Position numbers and translations under genes: made by a program. From contig QEUR01000004.1 of NCBI GenBank assembly GCA_003577095.1, forward strand, positions 1 to 41,025: DNA of 41,025 nucleotides, given 5' to 3'. Below are positions 1-9,520 of this stretch, in pieces. Source of the stretch: Acidobacteriota bacterium. GTDB taxonomy: Bacteria > Actinomycetota > Actinomycetes > Actinomycetales > Dermatophilaceae. The notes beneath the pieces were generated by a model. The model saw only the letters and a program-made list of their open reading frames with translations. It did no database searches and was not told the DNA's origin. Every line of letters begins with the position of its first letter. Positions within the stretch are counted from its first letter, which is position 1.

Positions 1-1276
1 CCGGGAAGCGGTTGACCCCAACGACGGTCTTCTCGCCGGACTCGATCCGCTGGGAGAGCCGGTACGCCGCCTCCGACAGGTCGCGCGCGAACCGACCGGA
101 CCCGATCGCCTCCAGCGCGCCGCCGCGCTCCTCGATGTCGTCCATCAGGGACCAGATCGAGCACTCGAGCTCGTCGGTGAGCTGCTCCACGGCATACGAG
201 CCGGCGAGCGGGTCGAGGGTGGTGGTGAGACCGGTCTCGAAGGCGACCACCTGCTGGGTGCGCAGCGCCAGCGTCGCGGCGGCCTCGGTCGGCACGCCGA
301 GCGCCTCGTCGTAGGCCGACACGTGCAGCGTCTGCACGCCGGCGAGGGCGGCGACGGTAGCCTCGACGGAGGTGCGTACGACGTTGTTCATCGGCTGCTG
401 CGCGGTCAGCGTCGAGCCGGCGGTGAAGGCGAAGATCCGCAGCTGCTCGCTGCGCGGGTCCCTGGCGCCGTAGCGCTCGCGCATCAGCCGCGCCCACACC
501 CGCCGGGCGGCGCGGAACTTGGCGACCTCGGGCAGCACGTCGGTGGTGATCGCCAGGAAGGTGAACAGCGTCGGCGCGACCTGGTCGACGTCGACGCCGC
601 GGCGCACGCACTCGTCGAGGTAGGCGCGCGCGTTGGCGAAGGTGAAGGCGATCTCCTGCGTGGCCGCGGCCCCGGACTCGCGGATGTGGTAGCCGCTCAT
701 CGCCAACGGCACCCAGCTCGGGGTCTCGCGCGCGACGTACTCGATGCAGTCGACGGACAGCCGCAGCGAGGGCTCGGGCGGGAAGATCTGCGTGCCGCGG
801 GCGATGAACTCCTTGAGCACGTCGTTCTGGATGAACATCCCGAAGCGGTCGGGGTGGACGCCGCGCTTCTCGGCGAGCGCGACGAAGAGCGCCGCCCACA
901 GGTAGCCGATCGAGTTCGCCGTGGTCCGGACCTGCGACAGCTCCTCGAGGGGTATGCCGTCCATCAGCACCTCGATGTCGGCCAGGCTGTCGATCGCGAC
1001 CCCGACGCGGCCCACCTCGCCGGCGGCGCGCGGGTCGTCGGAGTCAATGCCCATCTGGGTGGGCAGGTCCATCGCGACCGAGAATCCGGTGACCCCGGCG
1101 TCGAGCAGCGCCCGGAAGCGGGCGTTGGACTCGCGCGCGGTGCCGAAGCCGGCGTACTGGCCCATGATCCACACCCTGGGCTCGTCGCTGACGCCGCGGG
1201 TGTAGGGGTACTCACCGGGCCGCTCGGCGCCCTCGGGGGCGTAGTCGACCCGCAGGGTGGGGTCCTCCCAGCTCAC
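1..1276 (-). CDS. B12-dependent acyl-CoA mutase, large (substrate-binding) subunit, methylmalonyl-CoA mutase family; 3' end runs off the window
   Basis: Not in the ORF track (no stop in window). Manual translation from GTG at 1276, directly after the ligase TAG with GAGGAGG upstream: ...PGEYPYTRG...WIMGQYAGFGTARESN...DLPTQMGIDSD...GEVGRVGVAIDS...IQNDVLKEFIARGT...SGYHIRESG...TLTAQQP..NNVVR...YDEALGVP, which are MCM-family motifs. Confidence 0.93.
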   Translation of the reverse strand, partial: MSWEDPTLRVDYAPEGAERPGEYPYTRGVSDEPRVWIMGQYAGFGTARESNARFRALLDAGVTGFSVAMDLPTQMGIDSDDPRAAGEVGRVGVAIDSLADIEVLMDGIPLEELSQVRTTANSIGYLWAALFVALAEKRGVHPDRFGMFIQNDVLKEFIARGTQIFPPEPSLRLSVDCIEYVARETPSWVPLAMSGYHIRESGAAATQEIAFTFANARAYLDECVRRGVDVDQVAPTLFTFLAITTDVLPEVAKFRAARRVWARLMRERYGARDPRSEQLRIFAFTAGSTLTAQQPMNNVVRTSVEATVAALAGVQTLHVSAYDEALGVPTEAAATLALRTQQVVAFETGLTTTLDPLAGSYAVEQLTDELECSIWSLMDDIEERGGALEAIGSGRFARDLSEAAYRLSQRIESGEKTVVGVNRFP

Positions 1277-2815
1277 CTACACACCCTCCTCGAGCTGCGC
1301 GCGGAGCACCTTCTTGGCGATCTTGCCGGTCGAGTTGAGCGGGAACTCCTCCACGACCCGCACCTCCTTGGGCTTCTTGTACGACGCGAGCCGGGTCGCG
1401 CAGTGCTCGCGCACCTGGTCCTCGGTCACCGCGGCGCCGGGGCGGGGCGTGACGAAGGCGACGACGCGCTGGCCCCAGTCGGGGTCGGCGACCCCGACGA
1501 CGGCGACCTGCGCGACCTGCGGCACCTCGGCGATGACCTCCTCGACCTCGCGGGGGTAGATGTTGTAGCCGCCCGAGATGATCATGTCGCCCTTGCGGTC
1601 GATCAGCCACAGGTGGCCGTCCGGCGACAGCCGGCCCAGGTCGCCGGTGTGCAGCCAGCCGTCGACGACCGCCTTGGACAGGTCGGTGCGGGCCTGCGCG
1701 TTGTAGTAGCCGGCCATCACGTGGTCGCCGCGGGTGACGACCTCGCCGACCTCGCCGGGGGGCAGCCGGCGGCCGTCCTCGTCGACGACCGCCAGCTCGA
1801 CGCCGAGCGCGGGGCGGCCGGCGCTGGTGAGCAGCTCGGGCTCGCCGGCCAGGCCGCGGGCGTGGTCGGCGGCGTCGAGGACGGTGACCGGCGGGATGGC
1901 CTCGACGAGGCCGTAGTACTGCACCAGGTGGGGGGTGAGCTCCTCGTGCGCGCGGCGCATCTGCTCCGGCGGCATCGGCGCGCCGGCATAGCCGAGCATC
2001 TTCAGCCCGGCGAGGTCCTCGCGGGTGGCGCCGGCGGACAGCAGCCGGGCGACCATCGTCGGGACCAGCGCGGTGTGCGAGGCGCCGCGGTCGACGACGG
2101 CCTCGAGGAAGGTCTGCGGGTCCCAGGTCGGCAGCACGACCTGCCGCGCGCCGGCGACGAGGAAGGGCAGAACGAACAGGCCCGAGGTGTGGGTGACCGG
2201 GCCGGCGTGGACGTAGCAGTCGGCGTCGGGGTCGGGCGGCCCGCCGAGCACGTCCTGGGTCATGTTCACGATCGAGGCGAACCAGTTGCGGTGCGTGCGC
2301 TGGGCGCCCTTGGGGTGCCCGGTCGTGCCCGAGGAGTAGTGCAGCCCGCACAGGTCGTCCGGCGCGCGCACCGGCAGCGGACCGGGCCTGGCCCCGGCGA
2401 CCAGCTGCTCCAGGGAGGTCTCGGGCCCGTCGCCGACCACGACGACGTGCGGCACCTGCTCGCGCACCGCGGCGACGTCGTCGGCGAACCGCTCGTGGTA
2501 GATCAGCCCGCGCGCGCCGCAGTCGGCCGCGATCCGCTCCCAGTCGGTCGGGTGGAGGCGATGGTTGAGGGCGACCCGGACCATCCCGGCGGCGCGGACC
2601 GCAAGGTCGGTCTCCAGGTATGTCGTGCTGTTGCTCTGCAGGTCCAGCACCCGGTCCCCCGGCTCCAGCCCGAGGCCGAGCAGCCCGGCGGCGATCGCGG
2701 TGACGCGCCCGGCCAGCCCGGCGAAGGTGCGCCGGTCGCCGGCGTCGAGGCCCTCGACGGCCACCCGGTCGCCGAAGCGGTGGCCGGCGCGGGTGACGAG
2801 CGTGCCGATGTCCAT
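1277..2815 (-). CDS. AMP-forming acyl-CoA synthetase
   Basis: Adenylation motifs YSSGTTGHPKG, YGLVE, TGDLG, DRKGDMIISGG, NSTGKI. Confidence 0.92.
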   Translation of the reverse strand: MDIGTLVTRAGHRFGDRVAVEGLDAGDRRTFAGLAGRVTAIAAGLLGLGLEPGDRVLDLQSNSTTYLETDLAVRAAGMVRVALNHRLHPTDWERIAADCGARGLIYHERFADDVAAVREQVPHVVVVGDGPETSLEQLVAGARPGPLPVRAPDDLCGLHYSSGTTGHPKGAQRTHRNWFASIVNMTQDVLGGPPDPDADCYVHAGPVTHTSGLFVLPFLVAGARQVVLPTWDPQTFLEAVVDRGASHTALVPTMVARLLSAGATREDLAGLKMLGYAGAPMPPEQMRRAHEELTPHLVQYYGLVEAIPPVTVLDAADHARGLAGEPELLTSAGRPALGVELAVVDEDGRRLPPGEVGEVVTRGDHVMAGYYNAQARTDLSKAVVDGWLHTGDLGRLSPDGHLWLIDRKGDMIISGGYNIYPREVEEVIAEVPQVAQVAVVGVADPDWGQRVVAFVTPRPGAAVTEDQVREHCATRLASYKKPKEVRVVEEFPLNSTGKIAKKVLRAQLEEGV

Positions 2816-2819
2816 CTGG

Positions 2820-4892
2820 TCAGTCTCCTGCTTCGTCCGCCGCGGCGAGCGCCGCGTCGAGGATCCGCACGCCGCCGCCCTCGGGCAGGACGGTGACGGG
2901 GTTGAGGTCGAGCTCGGCGCCGGGCGGCAGGCTGGCGGCGACGCCGGCGACGGCCAGGACTGCGTCGACGAGGGCCTCCCGGTCGGCCGGCGCCTGGCCC
3001 CTGACGCCCGCGAGCAGCCGGCCGAGCCTGGTCTCCTCCAGCATCTCCTCCACGTCCTGCCGGTCGACCGGCAGCAGGCGCAGGGCCACGTCGGCGACGA
3101 GCTCGGTGAGGACGCCGCCGACGCCGACGGTGAGGACCCGGCCGAGCGGGCTGTCGGTCGTGCCGACGAGGGCCTCGACGCCGCCGGGGACCATCTCCTC
3201 CACGAGCACCTGCCCGCCCATCGCGGCGAGCCGGTCGAAGACCTCCGGCGCGTGCTCGGCGGTGACGTCGAGGACGACCCCGCCGGCGTCGGACTTGTGC
3301 AGCAGCCCGGGCACGACGGCCTTGAGCACCGCCCGGCCGCCGGCCTCGGCGACGGCGGCGACCGCGTCGTCGCGGTCGGCGGCGACCCGGCCGACGGGCA
3401 CGGGCAGGCCGAGCCGGGCCAGGGTCTGCTTGAGCGCGTCCTCCCCCATTCCGGCGGACAGGTGGGCGTCGACCGCGGGCGGGGCGGGCCGCTCCCGGAC
3501 GTCGGGCAGCGCCATCCGGCTCAGGGCGGCCAGCGCCCGGACGGCGCGCTCGGGCGTGGTGTAGACCGGCAGCCCGGCGGCGCGCATCGTCGCCGCGGCC
3601 TCCGGGGCGAGGTGGTCGGCGCCGGTGCGCACCACGACGACGGGCACCCCCGTCGCCTCGCGCACCCGGGCCAGCGCCGCGACCACGTCGTCGACGTCCT
3701 TGCCGGTCAGCACGCAGAAGCAGGCGACGACGGCGTCCACACCGGGGTCGCCGGCGATCGTGGTCAGCGCCCGGTCGAAGAGCTCGGGGTTGCTCATCAC
3801 CGAGGCGGTGACGTCGACCGGGTTGCCGGTCGCGCCGTAGGCCGGGACGATCTCCTCCAGCGCGGCCGTCGTGGCCTCCGACAGCGCCGCCAGCTCCAGG
3901 TGCTCGCCGTGCGCCTCGACCGCGTCGGCGGTCAGGATGCCCGAGCCGCCGGAGGTGGTGACGACCGCGACGCGGCGCAGCCGCCGCCCGCGCACCGACG
4001 GGACCAGGCCCATGACGTCGCCGACGTCGAGCAGCTCCTCGACGTCGTCGACGCGCACCACCCCGGCCCGGCGCAGCGCCGCGTCGACGACCAGGTCCCC
4101 GGCGGCGAGCGCCCCGGTGTGCGAGGCGGCCGCGCGCGCCCCGGCGTCCGAGCGTCCCACCTTGAGCAGGGCGACCGGCACCCCGGAGGCGACGACCGAG
4201 GCGAGGGCGTCCACGCCGGCCAGCGACTCGGCATACCCGAGCAGGCCGGTGCAGCCCTCCTCCCGGGCGAGGGCGGCCATCACCTCGGCCGCGGAGACGT
4301 CCGCCTCGTTGCCGGTGTTGACCACCCAGCCCAGCCCGAGCCCGCGCTCGAAGGCGAGCGAGACCGCGCCGTAGCCCAGCGCGCCGCTCTGGCTCACGAA
4401 CCCCAGCCCTCCGGGGACCAGTTCGGTGGCTTCGCCGGAGAACAGCGGGCTGAACGAGCTGACCTGCCCGCCCGCGGTGCCGACCGTGCCGATGCAGTTG
4501 GGGCCGAGGACGCGCACGCCCAGCTCGCCGGCGACCGTGACCAGCTCGTCCTGCAGGAGCGCACCGCCCTCGCCGGTCTCGGCGAAGCCGCTGGAGCAGA
4601 CGATCACCACCGGCACGCCGGCCGCGGCGCAGTCGCGCACCGCGGCGACCACCTTGTCGGCGGCGACCATGATCATGGCCAGGTCCACCGGTCCGTGCTC
4701 GCGCGCGGCGACGACCGTGGGGTATGACGTGAGCCCGCACACGGGTGCACCGTCGGGGCGCACCGGGTAGATCCCGCCGGCGTAGCCGTAGCGCCGGAGG
4801 AACTGGACCGGGAGCCGGCCGACGGCACCGGGGCGGTCGCTGGCGCCGACGACCGCGACGCCGCGGGCGTCCCAGAGGGGGCGGAGCGTCAC
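2820..4892 (-). CDS. ADP-forming acetate/acyl-CoA ligase (fused alpha-beta, CoA-binding + ATP-grasp)
   Basis: C-terminal part of the 1445-aa ORF; GTG at 4892 overlaps the upstream TGA (GTGA). Motifs VVGAS, GPNCIG, SQSG, NTGNEAD, SHTGALAG, HKSDAGGV, DLNPV. Confidence 0.9.
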   Translation of the reverse strand: MTLRPLWDARGVAVVGASDRPGAVGRLPVQFLRRYGYAGGIYPVRPDGAPVCGLTSYPTVVAAREHGPVDLAMIMVAADKVVAAVRDCAAAGVPVVIVCSSGFAETGEGGALLQDELVTVAGELGVRVLGPNCIGTVGTAGGQVSSFSPLFSGEATELVPGGLGFVSQSGALGYGAVSLAFERGLGLGWVVNTGNEADVSAAEVMAALAREEGCTGLLGYAESLAGVDALASVVASGVPVALLKVGRSDAGARAAASHTGALAAGDLVVDAALRRAGVVRVDDVEELLDVGDVMGLVPSVRGRRLRRVAVVTTSGGSGILTADAVEAHGEHLELAALSEATTAALEEIVPAYGATGNPVDVTASVMSNPELFDRALTTIAGDPGVDAVVACFCVLTGKDVDDVVAALARVREATGVPVVVVRTGADHLAPEAAATMRAAGLPVYTTPERAVRALAALSRMALPDVRERPAPPAVDAHLSAGMGEDALKQTLARLGLPVPVGRVAADRDDAVAAVAEAGGRAVLKAVVPGLLHKSDAGGVVLDVTAEHAPEVFDRLAAMGGQVLVEEMVPGGVEALVGTTDSPLGRVLTVGVGGVLTELVADVALRLLPVDRQDVEEMLEETRLGRLLAGVRGQAPADREALVDAVLAVAGVAASLPPGAELDLNPVTVLPEGGGVRILDAALAAADEAGD

Positions 4893-7246
4893 GTGCCGGG
4901 CCTCCACCTGGCGTGCCGCGTGCCCTGCTCGCCCTCGCGGACCAGCTGCAGGCGCGGCTTGGGACCGTCGGTGCGGCCGGTCTGCGGCTTGCGGCGGCCG
5001 GCGCGCCACGGCGTGGGCCAGACCGCGCCGGGCCCGTCGTAGTCCTGCTCGACCGCGGCGTGCAGCGTCCAGCTCGGGTTGTAGAGGTGGGCGCGGCCGA
5101 CGGCGCACAGGTCGGCGCGGCCGGCGAGGACGATGGAGTTGACGTCGTCCCAGGAGGAGATGATCCCGACCGCGATCGTGGGGATGCCGACCCGGTTGCG
5201 GATCGCGTCGGCGAAGGGCGTCTGGTAGCTGCGGCCGAAGGCGGGCCGCTCGTCCGGCGTGACCTGCCCGGAGGAGACGTCGATCGCGGCGGCGCCGGCG
5301 TCCTTGAAGGCCTGCGCGACCTGGACCGCGTCCTCGACGTCGATGCCGCCGTCGACCCAGTCGGTGGCCGAGATGCGCACGGTCATCGGCCGCTCGGCCG
5401 GCCAGGCCTCGCGCATCGCGGAGAAGACCTCGAGCGGGTAGCGCAGCCGGGCCCGCAGGTCGCCGCCGTACTCGTCGGTGCGCTGGTTGGTGACCGGCGA
5501 CACGAACGAGCTCAGCAGGTAGCCGTGCGCCACGTGCAGCTCGAGCAGGTCGAAGCCGGCCTCGGCACCGCGGCGGGCCGCCTCGACGTGCTCGGCCTTG
5601 ATCTCCTCCAGGTCCTCGCGGGTCAGCTCGCGCGGCACCTGGTTGACACCGGGCTGGTAGGGCAGCGGCGAGGGCCCGACGACCTCCCAGTTGCCGTCGT
5701 CCAGGGGCTGGTCGATGCCCTCCCACATGAGCTTGGTCGAGCCCTTGCGGCCGGAGTGCCCGACCTGCAGGCCGATCTTCGCCGGCGACAGCTCGTGCAC
5801 GGTGTCGACGATCCGGCGCCAGGCGTCGGTCTGCTCGTCGCTCCAGATCCCGGTGCAGCCGGGCGTGATCCGGCCGGTCGGGGACACGCAGACCATCTCG
5901 GTCATCACCAGGCCGGCGCCGCCCATCGCCTTGCCGCCCAGGTGGACGAGGTGGAACTCGGTGGGCATGCCGTCGCCGGGCGAGGAGTACATGTCCATCG
6001 GGGAGACGACGACGCGGTTGTGCAGCTCGAGCCTGCCGAGCCGGAAGGGCTGAAACATCGGCGGGGTGTCCGGGCGCCCGCCCGGGGTGACGGCGGCGAA
6101 CCAGTCGTCGATCCGCTTGACGAACTCGGGGTCGCGCACCTTGAGGTTGTCGTGGGTGACGCGCCGGCTGCGGGTCATGATGTTGAAGGCGAACTGCTCG
6201 GTGTCCTGGTCGGTGTACTGCCCGAGGTTCTCGAACCACTCCAGGCTCGCCTGGGCGGCGCGCTGCGTCGACTCCACGACCGGTCGCCGCTCGGTCTCGT
6301 ATGCCGTGAGCGCCGCGTCCACGTCGGGCTGCTCGTGCAGGCACGCGGCGAGCGCGAGCGCGTCCTCCATCGCCAGCTTGGTGCCCGAGCCGATCGAGAA
6401 GTGCGCGGTGTGCGCGGCGTCGCCGAGGATGACGACGTTGCCGCGACGCCAGGACTCGTTGCGCACGGTGGTGAAGGAGATCCACCGCGAGTTGTTGGCC
6501 ATGACGTCCTCGCCCTCGAAGATGTTGGCGCACAGCTCGCGGATCCGCGCGATCGACTCCTCGTCCGACTCCCCCGGGACCCAGGACCGACCCTCGCTCG
6601 CGTCGAACCCGGCGGCACGCCATACGTCCTCGTGCATCTCGAGGATGAAGGTTGAACCGGTCGCGTCGTAGGGGTAGCCGTGCACCTGCATGACGCCCCA
6701 CGGGGTCTTGAGGACGTAGAACTTGAAGGCGTCGAAGACCTTGCTGGTGGCCAGCCACATGTACTTGCACTTCCGCACGTCGAGGGTGGTGCGGAAGGTG
6801 TCCTGGTAGCGGCGGCGGACGGCGGAGTTGAGCCCGTCGGCGGCCAGCACGAGGTCGTGGGTGGCGGACAGCTCCTCGACGTCGGGCGCCTCGGTGCGGA
6901 AGTGCATGGTCACGCCGAGCTCGCGGCAGCGGGCCTGGAGGATCTGCAGCAGGCGCTTGCGCGACATCGCGGCGAAGCCGTGCCCGCCGGAGGTGAGCAC
7001 CTGGCCGTCGACGTGGACGTCGATGTCGTCCCAGCGCGCGAACTCGGCCTGCATCGCCTCGAAGACCGCCCGGTCGGCGTGCTCGATGCCGCCGAGGGTC
7101 TCGTCGGAGAAGACGACGCCGAAGCCGAAGGTGTCGTCCGGCGCGTTGCGCTCCCACACGGTGATCTCGTGGGTGGGGTCGAGAGCCATGGTGAGCGCCG
7201 CGAAGTAGAGGCCGCCGGGGCCGCCCCCGATCACCGCGATCCGCAT
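4889..7246 (-). CDS. Bifunctional salicylyl-CoA 5-hydroxylase / anthraniloyl-CoA monooxygenase-reductase (FAD monooxygenase + OYE-like FMN domain)
   Basis: GGGPGGL, DTFGFGVVFSD and GDAAHTAHFSIGSGTKLAMEDA in the N-terminal half; NRVVVSPM, HSGRKGST, AHGYLLSSF and NQRTDEYGG in the C-terminal half; 785 aa. Confidence 0.95.
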   Translation of the reverse strand: MRIAVIGGGPGGLYFAALTMALDPTHEITVWERNAPDDTFGFGVVFSDETLGGIEHADRAVFEAMQAEFARWDDIDVHVDGQVLTSGGHGFAAMSRKRLLQILQARCRELGVTMHFRTEAPDVEELSATHDLVLAADGLNSAVRRRYQDTFRTTLDVRKCKYMWLATSKVFDAFKFYVLKTPWGVMQVHGYPYDATGSTFILEMHEDVWRAAGFDASEGRSWVPGESDEESIARIRELCANIFEGEDVMANNSRWISFTTVRNESWRRGNVVILGDAAHTAHFSIGSGTKLAMEDALALAACLHEQPDVDAALTAYETERRPVVESTQRAAQASLEWFENLGQYTDQDTEQFAFNIMTRSRRVTHDNLKVRDPEFVKRIDDWFAAVTPGGRPDTPPMFQPFRLGRLELHNRVVVSPMDMYSSPGDGMPTEFHLVHLGGKAMGGAGLVMTEMVCVSPTGRITPGCTGIWSDEQTDAWRRIVDTVHELSPAKIGLQVGHSGRKGSTKLMWEGIDQPLDDGNWEVVGPSPLPYQPGVNQVPRELTREDLEEIKAEHVEAARRGAEAGFDLLELHVAHGYLLSSFVSPVTNQRTDEYGGDLRARLRYPLEVFSAMREAWPAERPMTVRISATDWVDGGIDVEDAVQVAQAFKDAGAAAIDVSSGQVTPDERPAFGRSYQTPFADAIRNRVGIPTIAVGIISSWDDVNSIVLAGRADLCAVGRAHLYNPSWTLHAAVEQDYDGPGAVWPTPWRAGRRKPQTGRTDGPKPRLQLVREGEQGTRHARWRPGT

Positions 7247-7296
7247 CCCGACTCCTTCGCCGTTGTCCTGGTCAGCACGGGCAGACTATGTTGAGT

Positions 7297-7312
7297 TCTC
7301 GACGGTCGTCAA
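7297..7312. promoter_or_regulatory. Putative operator palindrome (TGACG-NN-CGTCA family), copy 1
   Basis: Minus strand TTGACGACCGTCGAGA, 14/16 identical to the copy at 27429-27444; lies in a divergent intergenic region. Confidence 0.55.
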
Positions 7313-7332
7313 CAACACGGGATGAGGCTGGG

Positions 7333-8103
7333 ATGTCGGACGAGGGCTGGTTCGCGGGGAAGGTCGCCGTCGTGACCGGCGGCGCGGGCGGGATCGGGCG
7401 CGCCGTCTGCGAGGGCTTCGCGGCCGAGGGCGCCTCCGTCGCGGTGCTCGACGTGCGCGGGGTGGAGGAGGCGGCGGCCGCCGTCTCGGAGCGGTATGGC
7501 GTGGCCGCCCAGGGCTGGGAGGTGGACGTCTCCGACCGGGACGCCGTGGGCGGGGTCATGGACGCGGTGGTCGCCGGTCTCGGCGGGCTGGACGTGCTCG
7601 TCACCCTGGCCGGCGGCTCGCTGGGCACCCCGAAGGGCCTGGACGAGATCGAGCCGGAGCACGTCGACCTCGTCGTCGACGTCAACGTGAAGGGCACGTT
7701 CTACTGCGCGCAGGCAGCCCTGGCCCGGATGCCCGGCGACGGCGCGGTGGTGACGGTCTCCTCGATCGGGGGCCGGCAGCCGTCGCCGGTGACGGGCGTG
7801 CCCTACGCGGCGTCCAAGGCCGCCGTGCTGGGGATGACCCGGCGGCTGGCGCGCGAGGTCGGCGGCCGGGGGCAGCGGGTCAACGCGGTGGCGCCGGGGC
7901 TGTTCCTCACCGGTCGGCTGCAGCAGATGTACGACGAGATGCCCGCGAGCGAGCGCGACGAGGTGCTCGACGCCATACCGCTGGGTCGGTTCCCCGAGCT
8001 GCGCGAGATCGTCGACCCGGTGCTCTTCCTGGCCGGACCGGGCGCGTCGTACATCACCGGCGTGGTGCTCGACGTCAACGGCGGGCGGTTCATGCCGCTG
8101 TAG
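7333..8103 (+). CDS. Short-chain dehydrogenase/reductase
   Basis: TGGAGGIG, YAASK, NAVAPG, PLGR, VNGG; ATG at 7333. Confidence 0.92.
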   Translation: MSDEGWFAGKVAVVTGGAGGIGRAVCEGFAAEGASVAVLDVRGVEEAAAAVSERYGVAAQGWEVDVSDRDAVGGVMDAVVAGLGGLDVLVTLAGGSLGTPKGLDEIEPEHVDLVVDVNVKGTFYCAQAALARMPGDGAVVTVSSIGGRQPSPVTGVPYAASKAAVLGMTRRLAREVGGRGQRVNAVAPGLFLTGRLQQMYDEMPASERDEVLDAIPLGRFPELREIVDPVLFLAGPGASYITGVVLDVNGGRFMPL

Positions 8104-8174
8104 ACCGGGCGCGCTGCCGACCCCTGGACGCAGGCGAGTTTCCACTATTTCCCGTAGGCGGCTACGGTCGGGGT

Positions 8175-8972
8175 GTGCGCATCGACGTCTGGTCCGACAT
8201 CCTCTGCCCGTTCTGCCACCTCGGGCGGCGACATCTCGAGCTCGCCCTGGAGCAGTTCGAGCACGCCGACGAGGTGTCGGTGATCTGGCACAGCTTCCAG
8301 CTCGACCCGGAGGCGCCCGCGCGCGTCGAGGGCAGCAACGTCGAGCGGATCGCGCAGAAGTACGGCGTGTCCGTCGAGGACGCGACCGCCTCCCAGGAGC
8401 AGCTCGCGGCCGACGCCGCCGCCGTGGGCCTGGACTACCAGTGGGAGAAGGCCGTCGGCGGCAACTCCTACGCCGCCCACCGGCTCATCCACTTCGCCCG
8501 CTTCCAGGGCGTCGAGCAGAAGGTCACCGACCGGATCCTGCGCGCCTGGTACTCCGAGGGCGCCTCGATCGGCGACAAGGAGGTCCTGCTGGAGCTGGCC
8601 GTCGAGGCCGGGCTGGACGCCGAGGAGGTGCGCGGCGTGCTGGAGAGCGACTCCTTCGGCCACGAGGTCCGCAGCGACATCGCCGTGGCCCGGCAGATCG
8701 GCATCACCTCGGTGCCGACCTTCGTGCTGGACCAGAAGTTCGGCGTGCCGGGTGCCCAGCCGGTCGACGTCATGCTCAACGCGATCCGCTACGCCTGGGA
8801 GGACCAGGGCAACACCGCAGGCGGTGGCTGCGGCTGCGGAGGCTGCGGCTGCGGTGCCGGCGCCCCGGCGCAGGAGGACGTGGCCGAGGCCGCCGCGGAG
8901 AGCGTCCCCCAGCCCGAGCCGGCGGCCGCCGGCGGGGGCTGCGGCTCCGGCGCGTGCGGCTGCGGCGCCTGA
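8175..8972 (+). CDS. DsbA/FrnE-family oxidoreductase with Cys/Gly-rich C-terminal tail
   Basis: WSDILCPFC active site, SFQLDP, cis-Pro loop SVPTF, GAQP; tail GGCGCGGCGCG...GGCGSGACGCGA. Confidence 0.88.
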   Translation: MRIDVWSDILCPFCHLGRRHLELALEQFEHADEVSVIWHSFQLDPEAPARVEGSNVERIAQKYGVSVEDATASQEQLAADAAAVGLDYQWEKAVGGNSYAAHRLIHFARFQGVEQKVTDRILRAWYSEGASIGDKEVLLELAVEAGLDAEEVRGVLESDSFGHEVRSDIAVARQIGITSVPTFVLDQKFGVPGAQPVDVMLNAIRYAWEDQGNTAGGGCGCGGCGCGAGAPAQEDVAEAAAESVPQPEPAAAGGGCGSGACGCGA

Positions 8973-9026
8973 GCCCGGCAGCGCGGTAGCACGCACCGAC
9001 ATCTCACCGGCCCTCACCGGCCGGGA

Positions 9027-9089
9027 CATGCAACGTCCTGCACGGCATGCGACGTCGTCGACGTCGCATGCTGTGCAGGACCTTGTATG
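9027..9089. terminator. Long inverted repeat (30-bp arms, 3-nt loop) between convergent genes; probable bidirectional terminator or REP-like element
   Basis: CATGCAACGTCCTGCACGGCATGCGACGTC-gtc-GACGTCGCATGCTGTGCAGGACCTTGTATG; 27/30 Watson-Crick pairs, and two of the three mismatches are G.U. Confidence 0.7.
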
Positions 9090-9106
9090 GACAGGCCTGT
9101 CCGCGG

Positions 9107-9520
9107 TCAGCCCGCGCCCGCCAGCAGCTCTCTCACCCGGTCCGGCCACGGCGTCGCGGGCGGCGGACCTCCCTCGCCGGGCTCCTGCCCGGACCGGCTG
9201 CCGACGTTGACGCACACCATCCGGCCCCTCGCGGCCGGGCCGCGCGGGCCCTCCACCTCGAAGGCGTAGACCAGCGAGGACGTGCCGACCTTCTCCACCC
9301 ACAGCGAGGTGACCACCTCGTCGCGGAACCAGAGCCGGTCGAGGTAGTCCACCTCATACCTGACGCGCGGGACGGCGCCGTAGAGCTCGGGGAGGCCGAG
9401 CGCGGTGTGGAGCTCGTTCTCGGCGGCCTCGACCCAGCGGATGACCGCGGAGTGGTGGTAGTGGCCGGCGGCGTCGGTGTCGCACCAGTCGACGACGCGG
9501 GTGACGCTGGCGGCGCTCAC
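9107..9520 (-). CDS. Acyl-CoA thioesterase (4-HBT/hotdog fold)
   Basis: DWCDTDAAGHYHH motif, VDYLDRLWF, GTSS; GTG at 9520 overlaps the ligase TGA. Confidence 0.88.
   Translation of the reverse strand: MSAASVTRVVDWCDTDAAGHYHHSAVIRWVEAAENELHTALGLPELYGAVPRVRYEVDYLDRLWFRDEVVTSLWVEKVGTSSLVYAFEVEGPRGPAARGRMVCVNVGSRSGQEPGEGGPPPATPWPDRVRELLAGAG

Noticed and set aside
323-7294. Long + strand ORFs (857, 720, 636 aa) and the N-terminal half of the 1445-aa ORF
   Set aside because: Antisense or alternate-frame shadows of real genes, typical of high-GC DNA; no motifs. The real ligase starts at 4892.
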